In this document: positions 41,591 to 55,372 of the stretch, one piece after another
How positions within the stretch are numbered: position 1 is the stretch's first letter
Layout of the letters: the number at the start of each line of letters is the position of its first letter
Source: Octopus vulgaris
Lineage: Eukaryota
Length of the DNA stretch: 64,000 bases
Assembly (NCBI GenBank): GCA_951406725.2
Contig: OX597823.1
Location: forward strand, 29,760,001 to 29,824,000
Direction: 5' to 3'
Notes under the pieces: generated by a model
Told to the model about the DNA's origin: nothing
The model's database searches: none
Seen by the model: the letters and a program-made list of their open reading frames with translations, nothing else
Translations under genes and position numbers: made by a program

Positions 41591-42706
41591 TTTCTTTCTA
41601 TTGGCCATAAAGGCCTTACACAGAGAAAGGAAGCTGCGGGTTGGACATAGACATAATGTTATATGAACTGAAAAATGAAAATGATGATTAATGGGAGAAA
41701 CAGCGACGCCCGCCGATCGTCGTTTCTCGAGAACATTGATCTCATATATTATTCATGAAGCAACAAACCTCTTACACTGTTCATGATTCAATAACAAAAT
41801 GAGACACTAAGCCTCTTACGTTTTTTTCCCCAACTTTCAAGTGTATGCGTTGGCTATATGAGTAATGTATTCGGAAGCGAGAGTGTGTTAGATGGATGCT
41901 GATGAAGGGGGAAAAAAACCCGAAATATGGCATATACACTCATTACCCATTTTTGTCTTTGATCTCATTGTTTGTTCATATCTGCTGTCTAGATGCGAAA
42001 CGTTGTAGCAAAGGATCAGTGCTGGCTTTAATTTCTGTAGAAATAAACTTAACAAGATAATGTAAATAGCACTGCTAACACAGTAGGACACATAAAAAAA
42101 AACATTTAATATACTTTATTGTATGTTAATGTTATATAACAAAATACCACATGCCTACAAGTCGTTGACTATACGAAGAGGTGAATGAACTAAAACTGAG
42201 AGCATTAAATTTGATAAAGTCATTGAAATTCATTAATTAAAACCAGAACCAGCCATACAAATATATAGGAGTTGAATAAACTAATAGGATACACTATTCA
42301 AATATAAAAGTCAGTATTAGAGACAGACTAATTGTAAACACTAAAACCAAAGCTAGAAGAGAGTCACTCCAGCAGATTGCAAAGAAGCTAAAGAGAATAT
42401 TTTTATGTCGGGTTATTAGGTTTAGTCAAGTTTCATTATTTCATATCCATGATCCTTTTACGTCTAACCGAGATATTTTAAATTTTTATGGCATTTCTGA
42501 TCTTTCTGATGTGCATAAGACTTTTTTCAAATGTAATTCTGGAGAATTGGGAAAGCAAAAAATATAAGGGGGGCAAAATGAGTAATTTCTGATTTAAGAT
42601 GCAAATTTATTGCGTCTTACGCGTTTCCCCATCCACCTAAATTTGTTTCTCGTATTCTCAGAGAAGGGAGATAATTTATTGAAATTGTTTTCCGAATATG
42701 TTATGA

Positions 42707-43369
42707 CTAGCTGTTGGACACAGCGTTGCTCGTGTTTCCCATGTTGAAGTTAAGCCCACCTCTGACTTTCTATTGAAATCTTCTACGTTCCCCGTGCCAA
42801 CTGATACCCATTAAGATGTTATTTCTGGTTCGGCAGGCTGTTGCAGGATGAGGAGATGTGTGGCAGGCGGAGGGAAAATGGTCAGAGCAGACGACGGAGT
42901 TTTGTTGACGGAGCGGAGTTTTTGCAGCCGACGACGACGTGTTCAATAGTGCAGAGAAGTGAGGCTGAAATAATAAATTAAGACTTTAAGAACGTGTTTT
43001 GAAAATAAGCATTTCCTTAGAGACTATTCTATCGATTTTGTTGAAATTTTACACGTGAAAAAACGTTAAAGGCTGCAGGAAAAATAACATCTTTATTTAT
43101 TTATTTTATTTTTATTTTATCTAGTTTCAGCTCACGAGCTGTGGCCTTTATAAGTATTTCCAATAAAACGCCCGATTGAGCTCACAAAAATCGATGCCAA
43201 CTGAGCATTATCGAATTTTAGAAAAATTCTGACCTTATTTGAACTTCATGGCATGTCATCTTCCTACATGTCTAAAATCATTAAAATCGGTTGGACGGTG
43301 TGGGAGGAGTTAGAGTAAACCCAAACACATACACACAGACAGACACCATTACATATTTATGTATATAGA
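42707..43369 (-). mobile_element. Non-autonomous Helitron, family H3
   Basis: Minus strand A|TCTATATACATAAAT...ccgtccaaccgattttaatg...acacgagcaacgctgtgtccaacagCTAG|T. Confidence 0.75.
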
Positions 43370-43872
43370 TGTTATTAAGGCATTTAGAGGTGATTTGCTA
43401 AGTTGATTTATTTTTTGTAAGGTAATGAAGATCTGTAAAAAAAAATTTTTTCTCAAAGTCAAAAATGCAGTAAATATTACTCATTGTGCCTCTTACTACA
43501 TAAAAAGTAAGTGAGTTATAGAGTTTATGCAGGAAGAATAAAGAAGCTTATAATGGAGTTTCTAGCTTCCATCCCAAAGTTAATATAAAGAGAATAAACT
43601 TTGAGGTGGGATACTAAAAAGGAACTATTATCAAGTGATATGTGGCACTAGAACTATTACAAATGGGTATGTAGGACTTGAAATATACTTAGAAGCAATC
43701 AATAGGATATTCACCACTATAATATGTGAACATTAAGAATGAAAAAATAGGTGAAAGGTTCTTTTCTGTAGATAAGTAGCAATAAAGATATATATAGGAA
43801 ACTATTTACACTGGAAGAAAGGATTTAGATAAAGAAAAAAACAGTAGAAATTTTTTGAAAAATAAATAAATA

Positions 43873-44037
43873 GGCGCAGGAGTGGCTGTGTGGTAGGTAG
43901 CTTGTTTACCAACCACATGGTTCCGGGTTCAGTCCCACTGCGTGGCACCTTGGGCAAGTGTCTTCTACTATAGCCTCGGGCCGACCAAAGCCTTGTGAGT
44001 GGATTTGGTAGACGGAAACTGAAAGAAGCCCGTCGTA

Positions 44038-44087
<50 letters not shown>

Positions 44088-44309
44088 TGTGTGTGTTTGT
44101 GTGTCAGTGTTTGTCCCCCTAGCATTGCTTGACAACCAATGCTGGTGTGTTTATGTCCCCGATACTTAGCGGTTCGGCAAAAGAGACCGATAGAATAAGT
44201 ACTGGGCTTACAAAAGAATAAGTCCCAGGGTCGAGTTGCTCGATTAAAGGCGGTGCTCCAGCATGGCCACAGTCAAATTACTGAAACATATAAAAGAGCA
44301 AAAAGAGTA
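43873..44309 (+). mobile_element. SINE family A, full length (tRNA-derived, CORE-like, internal microsatellite)
   Basis: A box tggctgtgtggta, B box ggttcagtccc, CORE-like accttgggcaagtgtctt, (TA)n(TG)n linker, (aaaagagt)n tail. Confidence 0.95.
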
Positions 44310-45460
44310 AATCGGAAACCTAAAGCAAATCATGACTAATATTTCGTAAGACTGGACAGAGAACAAGTGACAGCCTTCAATGGCAAAAGAAAGCTCTCGG
44401 TGTAAAAAAAAATGCTCTCAGACAGAAAGGTTGGTTTTAGCTGCGCAGGACCAATGCCGAGCCATAAGTAATCTGCATGAACAAAACAAGGACAGAGTAT
44501 TGAAAGCAGGTAAACTTCACGAAATCATATAACCAGAGGTGGCCGTTTGGAGGAAGAAAAGATATTTAGGGTTTCGGGGCTGAAGCTGAAATATGGAGAA
44601 ATAGATTGTCAACTAATGGCTTGTATGGTGCCAAGTCGATGTTTCATCTATTTTCGATAAAATGGTTCTGTTCCGCAACCTTAAGTTTTTCTTCCCCCAT
44701 CATATATGAACATATTCCAGCATTTCCCAAATAAGTCCCTCCCATCTTCAAGAGACAGTGTAAGTTGACTTTAAGGCATAGTTTTGCTGCTATTACTAGC
44801 AGATTCGAATGAACACTTATAGATTCTCTCAATGGTATTTAAGCAATGTCTAATCAAATCTCATTATGATTTCTGCTAGTCTGTAAGACAGCCAGACAGA
44901 CAGACAGCTAGACAGGCAGACAGATAGACAGAAGGGCAGACAGACAGACAGACTGGATCTACAGACAGGGAGAACTAACCATTTTAATCTTGATGTCTCG
45001 TCTTTAATATCGCCTCCCGCTGCAGATATTCTGTACTCTCCATACCATCCACCCGGAGTAACTACAAACCAATCTCGGGTGGTTGGTATGGTGAGATAAA
45101 AGGGGTTTCAGATCAGTCAAATGGTTGTTAAAGATGAGAGCCTCGTCAAGCTGTTGTTGTTGCTTTTAACAGTTCCGATCCAGCAGATACGAGATGATAA
45201 AAAATATTCCAACCGTGACCACCACATCTTATTCTAGATATAGTCTACCACGACTAGATTATTCGATGAGTCCTGCCTATAAAAAAGCAGTAGTGTGTGT
45301 GTGTGTGTGTGTGTGATATCTAAGAAAATTTTAGTTGCTATTTTTTGATGAGTGACCATGTAGAAGCTTCTGCAGCGGCTTCTTACTTTATAGCTACTGT
45401 TGTTTGACCAAGGGCTAAACAAGCGATCAGGTATATGTTTAAAAGCATCCCAACCTTGAT

Positions 45461-45546
45461 CATTCGATCATTCGAGCATTCGATCATTCGAGCATTTGAG
45501 CATTTGAGCATTTGAGCATTTGAGCATTCGATCCATCGAGCATTCC
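45461..45546. repeat. 8-bp tandem repeat (cattYgaK)n
   Basis: cattcgat/cattcgag/catttgag units. Confidence 0.9.
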
Positions 45547-46299
45547 GCTACGCACAACCCAACAATATATTTTCTCTAAAACTACAATAATCAAGGAGCC
45601 CCATATGTATAAAGATCAAACGGTGATGTGAAGTGAAGGATATTTTACTGTTATTCCCGACATGTTGAACGACCCTGTAGCGTCCCATTTTCGTTGGCTT
45701 CTCTCAGTCCAGTACAAGTTGATTAGCGGAGGCGCCATGTTCGTTCGAGACAGTCATTTAAAACCATCCGACCACTGAATGTATAGTCTTTCATACACTA
45801 ACAACAACGTACGCTATTCAATAAAGATATTAAATATCCGGATAGAGATGAGACAAAAAAATATTTCTTGGCAGGAACTGAACCTTGAGCAAACATTCTC
45901 TCAAGTCTTTAAGCACTTCAACTAATCGCTCCAGGGGTGCATTCTTCTGCCCTCAAACTCCAACCCACACACCACGACAGCTTAACGTGTTAGAAGCCTT
46001 GATTAAAATAAATGAAAAAAAACTGAATGTTTATTTATGAAATGTTCTCTGAATGTTGTATTGTGTTTATTAATGGTTCGTATATCAAAATATATGAAGG
46101 TCTCGCCCACGTTATACATTGCAGACAAAAACCTTAGTAGATGTGTGTCTTCGCGGTGGTTATGGGTTGGCATAGATAAACATTTTTCTCATTTCATTTG
46201 CACACAAATGCACGCGTGCACACTCACATACACACAAACACACATGCATATATGTGCGTATGTGTGTGAGTATGCATGTATTTGTGTGTGTACATATAT

Positions 46300-46307
46300 T
46301 ATATATA

Positions 46308-46343
<36 letters not shown>

Positions 46344-46361
46344 TGTATGTATGTATGTATG

Positions 46362-46409
<48 letters not shown>

Positions 46410-46864
46410 ATTAGATAAAGAGAGACACAGAGAAAGAGAAAGAGAGAGACATCTATATGCATACATATATACGTATACACAGCTATATATGGATGGATGA
46501 ATGGATGTATGTATGTATATATGTGTGTATGTATTATGTATGTGTGTATGTATTATTATGTCTCTTTGTCTGTATGCATGTAAGTATGAATGTATGTGTG
46601 TGTGTATGTATGTATGTATATGTGTATGTATGTATGTGTTTGTATGTATGTATGATTGTATGTGTTTGTATGTATCTGTGTATGTATGTATGTGTGTCTA
46701 TGTATATATGTGTGTGTGTTTGTATGTATGAATGTATGCATGTGTTTGTATGTATCTGTGTATGTATGTATGTGTTTGTATGTATGTATGAATGCATGTG
46801 TTTGTATGTATGTATATGTGTGTATGTTTATGCATGTATGTGTGTGTATGTCTATGTGTGAATG

Positions 46865-46896
<32 letters not shown>

Positions 46897-47040
46897 TGTA
46901 TGTATGTATGTATGTATGTATGTATGTATGTATGTATGTATGTATGTATGTATGTATGAATGCATGTGTTTGTATGTATGTATATGTGTGTATGTTTATG
47001 CATGTATGTGTTTATGTATATGTATGTTTGAATGTATATT
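46300..47040. repeat. Degenerate (TATG)n/(TG)n array
   Basis: Direct reading. Confidence 0.95.
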
Positions 47041-47404
47041 GATGTACTTTATGCATGACACGAAGCAGAGCTCAATATATTCAAACCACGTCAAACTTAT
47101 ATCCTCCTATAGTACATACTTAACATCCTTCAAAGCGGCGTATATACCATATATACGTGCGTATATTCAGATTTGTACACCAACCTCCATGCATTGTTTG
47201 TATGTATGTATGTATATATGTATATGTATATGTATATGCATATAAGTAGATTCGTATGCACGGAAATGTGCGATGTGTATTATTCGCAGTAAGTCAGTAA
47301 GTCATTGTACGTGTATGTGTGTGTGTACGTGTCTCGAATTTAATAACCTACATTCCTTCTAGCCCCCGCTATCATTCCCGCCTCTCCCTTACCAGCCCCT
47401 TTAC

Positions 47405-48020
47405 CATACATACATACATACATACATACATACATACATACATACATACATACATACATACATACATGCATTCATACATACATACATACATACATACATT
47501 CATATATACATACATACATAAATACATACATACACACATACATACATACTTACATGCATACATACATACATACATACATAAATACATAGATACATACATA
47601 CATAAATACATACATACATAAATACATACATACATACATACATACATTCATACATACATACATACTTACATACATACATATATACATACATTCATACATA
47701 CATACATACATTCATACATACATACATACATTCATACATACATACATTCATACATACATAAATACATACATACATACATACATACATACATACATTCATA
47801 CATACATACATTCATACATACATACATACATACAAACATACATACATACATACATACATACATACATTCATACATACATAAATACATACATACACACATA
47901 CATACATACATACATACATACATACATACATACATACATACATACATACATGCATACATACATACATACATACATACATACATACATACATACATACATA
48001 CATACATACATACATACATA
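47405..48020. repeat. (TACA)n array
   Basis: Direct reading. Confidence 0.97.
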
Positions 48021-48164
48021 CGTGGACAGTTTTTTTGTACATTTTTCGCGAACGGAAAATACACCTTTTGTGGCAGTTATAACGAAATTGCTTTTTTATA
48101 TCAGAGTAATAGGCGTTTCAATAGAACATCGTTACCCCCGGGAATTACCGGGTACACCAGCTAG
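48021..48164 (+). mobile_element. Helitron-like 3' end
   Basis: Hairpin cccgggaattaccggg followed by cagCTAG|T. Confidence 0.55.
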
Positions 48165-48220
48165 TACATACATACATACATGCATACATACATACATACA
48201 TACATACATACATACATACA

Positions 48221-48253
<33 letters not shown>

Positions 48254-48278
48254 GTATGTATACACATATATACATACA

Positions 48279-48672
48279 CTAGCAGTATCGCCCGGCGTTG
48301 CTCGGGTTTGTAAGGGAAATAATTATATAAGCATTTTTAGAGATGTAAAGTATAATAGCCATCTCAATATGGCTAACCACAAAGGGGGAGGGGTGTTACT
48401 GTAGCTTTTTACGTTCTGAGATTTAATAATAAATTTTAGAGAGTTACTTCCCTTATATATGTCAAAAATGGATTAAAAATGGGAAAAATTGATGGTAAAT
48501 TTTTTTTAAATCGTAGACTCATCGTAGACGCGCGCTAATACCCAGACGGTCTCGATATGAATCACGACTATAAGATACCCGGTTTTGGTTAAACTGCACC
48601 GCAAAATGTGGGAGTAGTTAGGAATCTAAATCGTAGGAGACAGACACACAACCTCACTTTTATATATAAAGA
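48279..48672 (-). mobile_element. Non-autonomous Helitron H1 (variant interior)
   Basis: Same termini and most of the body as 4623-5021. Confidence 0.85.
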
Positions 48673-48833
48673 TTTCCTCTATTTACATAATATTGAGGTC
48701 TCTTTCTTTCTTTTGTTATCTTACTGTTTTTACCAATATACATATATATATATATAAAATATATATATAGTTACAGAGATGTACTTGCATAGCAAGTGAC
48801 TTGATCTGAGATCGTGTGCTGGAACGAAAACAG

Positions 48834-49092
48834 TTGCAGCGTTGAAGGTGTTTATAAGCCATTTAAGAAACACACAAAAACCGTTAGATTCACTTCAACA
48901 TTTAAATTTAATTTGTCAAAATATTTTCGTCGCTTTGAGACCGCGACCTGTTAGCACGATATTTTTGTCAGTGAACAGGTCGCGGTCTCAAAGCGACGAA
49001 AATATTTTGGCAAATTAAATTTAAATGTTGAAGTGAATGTAACGGTTTTTGTGTGTTTCTTAAATGGCTTACAAACACCTTCCACGCTGCAA
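48834..49092. repeat. 119-bp inverted repeat (48834-48952 / 48974-49092) containing an HHR
   Basis: Near-perfect reverse-complement arms with a 21-bp spacer. Confidence 0.9.
48966..49012 (+). ncRNA. Minimal hammerhead, G3-C8 core variant
   Basis: tgtca-GTGAACA-g-gtcgc(ggtctcaaa)gcgac-GAAA-atat-TT-tggca (the other arm reads tgaca). Confidence 0.65.
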
Positions 49093-49458
49093 TATATATA
49101 TACACATATATATATATATATGTATGTATGTATGTGTGTATATGTGTATGCATGTATGTGTGTGTGTGTGTGCGTGTCTGTGCTTGTGATTGTCCTCCAC
49201 CACTGCTTGACAACGAATGTTGGTTTGTTTACATCCCTGTCACCTAGTGGTTTGACAAAGGAAACAGATAGAATAAGTACAATGCTTACAAAAATAAAAC
49301 TGGAGTTGATTCATTAAACTACAATTCTTCAAGGCATTGCCCCAGCATGGCCACAGACCAATGGCTGGAAAAAGCAGAAGAATAAAATAATACATTCTCT
49401 GCTTTGGTCTTATGTTCAAGGCATGAGAAAGCTTGAGTTTACATGAGAAGGCCTAACA

Positions 49459-49830
49459 GACCTGGTAGAAACAGCAGCCAAATCTCCCTCAAATCACACC
49501 TTACTGTCTTATGTATGTATATATATATGAGCCAATGAGGGGGACCTCTACATGGTAGCTAGACCTGGTAGAAATAGCAGCCAAATTTCCCCCAAATCAC
49601 ACCTTACTGTCTTATCTATGTATATATGTATGTATGAGCCTATGAGGGAGACCCCTACATGGCAGCTAGACCTGGTAGAAATAGCAGCCAAATTTCCCCC
49701 AAATCACACCTTACTGTCTTATCTATGTATATATGTATGTATGAGCCTATGAGGGAGACCCCTACATGGCAGCTAGACATGGTAGAAATAGCAGCCAAAT
49801 CTCCCTCAAATCACACCTTACTGTCTTATC
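49459..49830 (+). repeat. ~107-bp tandem repeat, 3.5 units
   Basis: agacctggtagaaatagcagccaaat... recurs at 49459, 49561, 49668 and 49775. Confidence 0.93.
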
Positions 49831-49889
49831 TTTCTGCTACTTGGATATAGGTGTTATATTCGTCGTAAAAAACTTTCCTGTCACACACT

Positions 49890-49924
<35 letters not shown>

Positions 49925-50054
49925 CCTCACACACACACACACGCGCACACCCACACACACCCACTCACACACACGCACGTTAGCTTACAATTTTATTTAT
50001 ATATTTGCGTGTCTATGTGTTGAAAGAGGAAGTGGGAGGCAGAGTGAAAGAATC

Positions 50055-50344
50055 ACTCACTACAGTAAGTCAATTACTTTCATTTTATTCGTTGCCCACT
50101 GTGTGTGTGCGTTTGCGTGTGCTGTAAACCAGACTAAGAAAAGCATTTGACACACACACCAGAATGTGAGTTTTCTGTAAATTTTGCTTAATTGGAGTTT
50201 AAATTTTAAAAACTGGACCTGGCATGACGCGATGCATTGTACTCTTAAAAATGCAAGGTAAATTGTAATTGAAGAAATCCTATATTGTAGATTTGTATAA
50301 CTCCCAAAGGGAGGCAGATAAAATCTGCCTTTTATAATAAGAGA
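50055..50344 (-). mobile_element. Helitron-like 5' segment H2, second copy
   Basis: High similarity to 27845-28107. Confidence 0.6.
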
Positions 50345-50381
50345 TACATACATATATATATGTATACACATATATACATAC

Positions 50382-50436
<55 letters not shown>

Positions 50437-50733
50437 GTGTATCAGTGCGTGCGTATGTGCTTTTTTTTCTGCGCTCTTTTTTTAATTAACTATTTACCGC
50501 ACGCTCATACGGACCCCTGTGCTTCCAACTGACTTTGGATTACCTAATTTGCGGAATTCTTTCTACCATCGGATTAGATCATCTTATTCGGAGTGTGCCA
50601 TTTCTGCACCTTGATTGTGAATAACACACACACGCATATATATATATATAGCTTAACTATAGTCTATCCATAGCACTTACTCAGCATTACCTGACTCCTT
50701 TGAGTCTTACTGACACTATTACCTCTAATAACA

Positions 50734-50797
<64 letters not shown>

Positions 50798-50835
50798 AAA
50801 GAAGGTTTGAAAATGCAATTCTAAAAGATGTTTAT

Positions 50836-50881
50836 TTACTTGACCGGTTTTACTTTTTTAGAAAAAAATTGTCAAAAGTAA
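50836..50881 (-). ncRNA. U3-A8 hammerhead, second copy (G12 mutated)
   Basis: ttactt-TTGACAA-...-AAAA-ccgg-TC-aagtaa; flanks match 2461-2555. Confidence 0.55.
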
Positions 50882-51205
50882 CATGTAAAAGCTTTCATAT
50901 ATAATTCCACTCGTGCGGTAACTTGCAACTCCACTTTGTTATATATATAATTTTTTTTTCAGAATGAGATAAAAAAAACCAAGCGGGTGAAGATTTTAGA
51001 ACATTCATAAATGTTCTGAAATCTTTCACAGCCTTGGATTTTCATCTCATTCTGGAAAAAAAATTTTATATATACACATGCTGATATATGACCTACGTTG
51101 GACTCGTTATTCGCATAATCACCGAATCTGGAGCTTAACTATAGTCTGTCTATAACACTTACACTGCGTTACCTGATACCTTTGGGTCTTACTGACACCA
51201 TAACC

Positions 51206-51286
<81 letters not shown>

Positions 51287-52032
51287 GTTCATATATGTGT
51301 GTGTATATGGATGAATATATGTTTGTATGTGCGCATTTATGTATACATATATGTGTGTGTGTGTGTGTTTATATGTATGAATATGTGTGTGTATATATAT
51401 ATATATATACATACACACACACACATACATTTTTATATATACACATACATACATTCACGATCAATAATTAACCCTTCTCACTTTCAATAATCCTCGCAGA
51501 GAGTGTATATAAAGAAAACACAACCCTTTTCTGCTCCAAATACTTTTAGATTCGTTTAAAGGAAGGCCTGGGGAGACATCCACTGTGTCTGCTTGGGGTA
51601 CGCGCATATCCGATGACTGAATGTCCGGTGACGCCACGGTGATAACGATAATTATTATATCAATAGATATGAGCAACAACAACAACAACAACAACACTTA
51701 TGTCGATCACGACGACGATGACAGCAATGCTGCTGGTTTTAGAAGGGGTGGTCGTGGTGGTTGTGATTGGTGGTTCCGGTGGTTGTGATGGGTTTTGTTG
51801 GAGGTGATGCTACTGGTGGTGTAGGTTGTGGTGGTGTAGGTTGTATTGGTTGTTGTAGTTGAGGTTGTGGTGATGGTGGTTTTTGGTTGTGGTGGTGGTG
51901 GTGGTGGTGGCGGTGGTGGTGGTGGCGGTGGTGGTGGTGGCGGTGGTGGTGGTGGCGGTTGTGGTGGTTGTGGGGAATGTTGTTCGTGGTGGTGGTAGTT
52001 GTGGTGGTGGTGGTGGTGGTGGTGGTGGTGGT

Positions 52033-52263
52033 TGGCGAACTGGCAGAAACGTTAGCACGCCGGGCGAAATGCATAGCCGTATTTCGTCTGCCGTTACGTT
52101 CTAAGTTCAAATTCCGCTGAGGTCGACTTTGCCTTTCATCCTTTCGGGATCGATTAAATAAGTACCAGTTACGCACTGGGGTCGATATAATCGACTTAAT
52201 CCGTTTGTCTGTCCTTGTTTGTCCTCTCTGTGTTTAGCCCCTTGTGGGTAGTAAAGAAATAGG
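52033..52263 (+). mobile_element. SINE family C monomer within a (GGT)n low-complexity region (51740-52420)
   Basis: ggcgaactggcagaaacgttagcacgccgggcgaaatg...ccccttgtgggtagtaaagaaat. Confidence 0.92.
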
Positions 52264-52471
52264 TTGTGACGACGGTGGTGGTGACGACGGTGGTGGTGAC
52301 GACAGTGGTAGTGGTGACGGTAGCGGTTGTAGTGGTTGTGGGGAGTGATGTTCGTTATGGTGGTGATTGTGGGGAGTGATGTTCGTTGTGGTGGTGGTGG
52401 TGGTAGTGGTGATGGAGGTGGTTGTGGCCATCGCGGAGGGAGAGGGAGAAGGAGAGAGAGAAAGAGAAAGA

Positions 52472-52509
<38 letters not shown>

Positions 52510-52539
52510 GAGGGCGTGTTTCACAGTGCTGGAGAACGT

Positions 52540-53000
52540 CGGTCAATTGTGTCCATCGACTTTGAGTTATTAGAAGTAAGTGAAATTGGACATATCAGGA
52601 TATATTTCTGTAAAGAGTGGAAGATGGAAGAATTTTGGTTAAATAGAAGGACAATTTCTGCGGAGCAATGTGTGAATGAGAAGGAAGGAATATTATTGGG
52701 ACCAGTAGCATTGAAGCAACCGGAGATGTTATCTCTCTTGGCGTGTGTAGATGTCGGGTGGGAAACCGGGTGAGGTAGAATTGGATCGATTTGGGGGTAA
52801 CTTACCAAGTGTGTGTTGTGTGATGTTGGCTGCAAAGTGGGCAGAAATGATAGACGTTTTTTCCATGATGGAAGGAGTTCTGATCATGGAGCAATTGTTG
52901 GAAGAAGTGAAGAGGAAGAGGATTCTGCTAAGATGGTGGTGATTTTTTTTTTGTTTTTTTTTGCCGTAATTCCTTTCTAAAAGCATTTTCCTGACGTATT
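52540..53000 (-). pseudogene. Highly decayed LINE RT N-terminal region (CR1/Jockey group)
   Basis: NATGPNNIPSF...HCSAEIV..LFNQ..SIF..L.KY..ICPI resembles the KAxGPDxIP...LFN...WK...PI pre-RT motif. Confidence 0.5.
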
Positions 53001-53235
53001 TGAGGCAAAGAAGGCAGAGACAGTTGTAGTTGGTTCCAGAGTATGGCTGGTGTAAAATTCATCGGATCTGAACAAACAAAATAAAAAAATCGATCCTTGA
53101 AACACAATCAAACCTTCAGCAGCATTTGGAATAAGTTCGTAAAATAACTAAAGTTCTCTCCCTGAGTGGCGATATGAGGAAGAAAACGAAGTTTAAGAAG
53201 AGAGGAAGAGGGAAAATATATATGTACATATACAT

Positions 53236-53300
<65 letters not shown>

Positions 53301-53954
53301 TGCGTGTGTGTGTACTGGGCGTGAGAGGCATTTGTGGACATGTTTGATATTTTAATAAACCATCATTAATCTAATAAAAACTAGATGTATTTTAGTCCAA
53401 ATTTGTTCTCGATAAGCTTTCTTATAAGATTATTTTGTCAATCTGCATGTAAAAGTGCGTGATGAAGTGGTTAGGGTCAGTGGCGACTCTGACAGTCGGT
53501 CTGTTCGGGCTTAGCCCGAGTATAAATTTACTAAAGTGGACGTGTATTTTCTAAGCTGATTTAATTCCTGCCAACACTGACTTCAAGTATGTAATTTCAG
53601 CCAATAACACGGGCTTTTTTATTGAGCCTGGTCGCAGTTCATTTACTTTCGTTCAGAGTCTGGCGGTCGTTTTAGAGGTGCCCTGTGTCAAAAAATATCA
53701 TTCGTAGCAGACGTTCTCTCGACATCGTTTACACGCGCCTGACTCAGGCTCAAAAGTTACAGCCCGAGTTGTTATCTATAATCGTAAAAATTAAAAGTAA
53801 TTCAAAATTCAATGTTTTCTTGAATCGATAAATTTCTATAGAGATTAGGATTTAAATTCTAATCTATGAAAAGTTACCGTTCTACAATATTCCTAAAGGA
53901 ACGAAAAATTATCCAGTAACTCGGGCTAATAAGTACGACAGTCTAATACGAACG

Positions 53955-54341
53955 GTGGAGGCGCAATGGCCCAGTGGTTAGGGCAGCGGACTCGCGGTCG
54001 TAGGATCGCGGTTTCGATTCCCAGACTGGGCGTTGTGAGTGTTTATTGAGCGAAAACACCTAAAAGCTCCACGAGGCTCCGGCAAGGATGGTGGTGATCC
54101 CTGCTGTACTCTTTCACCACAACTTTCTCTCACTCTTACTTCCTGTTTCTGTTGTACCTGTATTTCAAAGGGCCGGCCTTGTCACTCTCTGTGTCACGCT
54201 GAATATCCCCGAGAACTACGTTAAGGGTACACGTGTCTGTGGAGTGCTCAGCCACTTACACGTTAATTTCACGAGCAGGCTGTTCCGTTGATCGGATCAA
54301 CCGGAACCCTCGTCGTCGGAACCGACGGAGTGCTTCCATCC
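53955..54341 (+). mobile_element. SINE family B, full length
   Basis: Near-identical to the other B copies; TSD aatacgaacg. Confidence 0.95.
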
Positions 54342-55372
54342 AATACGAACGACTCGGGCTAATACGAACAGGCGACAGTCAGATCAATGATGTTTGTTGT
54401 GCACTCTGCTGTTGTTATTCTGTGCGTCTGTGTTTAAAGAACACTTGTGTTTTTCAGGGTTGCTTATTTTTACCCTTAACGTAGAAATGGAGAAATACAT
54501 TGTGCTAGATATAAGAAAATAAACCATTTGGGGCTAGAAATATTGCGGGAAAATGTGAAATTCTTCGAGCAGGCTTGTGTCTCATGCGAAATCTGTAATG
54601 AGCCCGAGTGACGAAATCTATGATGAGTCTATGTGACACTGATGACCTGGTGTCGCCTATGGTTAATGTATTGCACTCGCGATCGCTATATCGTAGGTTC
54701 GATTCCCATTTCACGTTGCTCTACAATCATTTAGACATCAGACGTGTTGGCACGTTTGTACACCTGTACGGGCAACCATCGAATTGATGGAGGAAGTGAG
54801 CTAATGTACAACACATACATTTGATCACTATAAGCGAATCCTTTGTGCAGGTCGTTCAGGTAAAAAAAAAAAGAACTGAACGTTCATACGTCGTCTTCGA
54901 CACGAGATTCTATCATCAACCAATGAATTCGCTTTCAGTTTCAATGACTGCTTCATTGCGGTCATGCACTAAATAGTTCTTATCCATTTCGGACACCACC
55001 TGAAAAAAGGTGACCTCAGCCTATCCGGCAACATTAATTCTAAGACCTTGTGGAAAGTTGTGATGTGGCATGACACATGACCTTCATTACACACCACTAA
55101 TAAAACCGTCACAATTGCTGGAAACTTAATGTGCCTCACTCTGACGATAGCAGAATATTCTGCACACAGTCACCAGTCATGTCACTTGCAGGACTTCTGG
55201 TCTTTGTTTTATTCTTTTATTTGTTTAACAGTTTCAGTCACCGGACTGCGGCCATGCTGGAGCATCGCCTTAATTTTTTTTTATTGTTTTGTTGTTGCTT
55301 TATGATTGAAGGTTGGTCGATTATCGAGTTTGTAGTTGCTGATCTCCGCTAAGTGTCTCCTTGAATGGTTGG

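Larger units (their letters stand above)
42170..44520 (+). pseudogene. Very old R4/Dong copy fragmented by later insertions
   Basis: Collinear remnants PYKYIGV (~42255), FHPKVNIKR (~43566), LQWQKKAL and LVLAAQDQ (~44375-44455). Confidence 0.55.

Noticed and set aside
41897-41933. CTGATGA-aggggg/ccc-GAAA hammerhead-like string
   Set aside because: No UH cleavage site and only a 3-bp stem I; at best a dead relic.
49459-49830. Regularly spaced repeats resembling a CRISPR array (also 17354-17540)
   Set aside because: Whole units repeat with no unique spacers, there are no cas genes, and the context is eukaryotic.
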